DNA of 64,000 nucleotides. Source: Octopus bimaculoides. Its lineage: Eukaryota. The notes under the pieces were generated by a model. It was not told the DNA's origin. It saw nothing but the letters and a program-made list of their open reading frames with translations, and did not search any database. The stretch lies in the NCBI RefSeq assembly GCF_001194135.2, contig NC_068990.1, forward strand, positions 84,251,520 to 84,315,519, written 5' to 3'. Within the stretch, counting starts at the first letter, position 1; every line of letters begins with the position of its first letter. Of this stretch, positions 62,904 through 64,000 are shown one piece after another. The position numbers and the translations under genes were made by a program.

Positions 62904-62917
62904 ATGAGTCGAAAAAA
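62904..62917 (+). CDS. 14-nt micro-exon of the same gene (DESKK, or MSRKK if it holds the start codon)
   Basis: Strong acceptor ttttttgcattcctcttttag and a perfect gtaagt donor. In frame with the previous exon. Confidence 0.45.
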
Positions 62918-63929
62918 GTAAGTGTGATTGTAGAATCTTTCTTTGAACTTAATTTATGTTACGTGTTTACTTTGTTTACGTGCTATGTCAAGGTTTGTTT
63001 TATAGAGTTAATTTCTGTTTTATAAATTGTGGCTTCTTCGCTGCAAAGAGATGAAATACCACATAACTGTCCCAATATGTTTGGAATCTGAGATGAGAAC
63101 GAGTTGAAAGTATAAAAATAGTCTGGTTAACTGCGAAACTGTAGCTTCGTATATAAATTGCTCTGGAATACGACTGTTATGTTTAACTGAAAAATGTAAT
63201 GTCCTTTACGTGATATATTAAATACTATAAATAAGAAGCTCGAGTTTGTGTCTAAATGTTAGCACAAGAATAAATATCTTTGATAATGTCAACTACTTAC
63301 AAGTCAATATCTGACGAACAAACTACATAACAGTGCTATATCAGCGACAGTCGCATTTAAAAATTATATTCATCTCACATCCACCAATATGTGTGTGTTT
63401 GTCTTTGTATAAACGTACGCGTGCAAGTATATATATATCCATACACATAGGTAGTTTAGTGCTACCATATTTATAGCATACTATTAGTGTCTGTTCCATG
63501 ACCATTTTCTCCTGCCTATATTAAAGTATTTATATACATGCATATCAATACAAATCTAGTGTTAATATATTGACATTAATTATGACGGCGAGCGAGCAGA
63601 ATCGTTAGCACGCCGGACAAAATGCTTAGATGCATTTTATCCGTTCTTATGGTCTGAGTTCAAATTCTGCCAAGGTCGACTTTGCTTTTCATTCTTTCGA
63701 TAAAATCAATGCAATCGACTTAGTCCCTACCCCGAAATTGCGGGTCTTGAGCCAAAATTTTAAACAAGTATTAATGTGGTAAGTAGCTTGCTTACCAACC
63801 ACATGGTTCCGGGTTCAGTCCCACTGCGTGGCACCTTGGGCAAGTGTCTTCTACTATAGCCTCGGGCCGACCAAAGCCTTGTGAGTGGATTTAGTAGACG
63901 GAAACTGAAAGAAGCCCGTCGTATATATG

Positions 63930-63960
<31 letters not shown>

Positions 63961-64000
63961 TTGTGAGTCTGTGTTTGTCCTCCTAGCATTGCTTGACAAC

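Overview
AT-rich eukaryotic genomic DNA, dense in microsatellites and SINEs, with several N-gaps. The repeat families suggest an octopod cephalopod (inference, not checked by search). The main content is a complete 10-coding-exon GRTP1 (TBC1D6-like) Rab-GAP gene on the + strand. It spans 10270-55685, and hand-splicing gives a 1005-nt CDS (334 aa) with consistent phases, a 26-nt first coding exon and a 27-kb first intron. Three unidentified candidate genes flank it: a divergent minus-strand gene starting near 9.0-9.25 kb, a convergent minus-strand gene (56.45-62.3 kb), and the first exons of a plus-strand gene at 62.7 kb. Introns and intergenic DNA hold many transposon relics: Penelope-like, R4/Dong, RTE, L1/Tx1, Gypsy, Helitron, Tc1/mariner, hAT, piggyBac, a Merlin-like MITE and several SINE families. 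The most interesting non-gene signals are (i) a Penelope-like GIY-YIG element with a hammerhead ribozyme and ~605-bp inverted arms inside a (TA)n tract, (ii) a small palindrome with hammerhead motifs on both strands, (iii) a Merlin-like MITE carrying telomere-type repeats, and (iv) repeated (TAA)n targeting by R4/Dong elements. I found no CRISPR array, rRNA or true tRNA gene. I cannot claim a wholly new system: most pieces fit known families, and their novelty needs the searches listed. All counts and alignments were done by eye.
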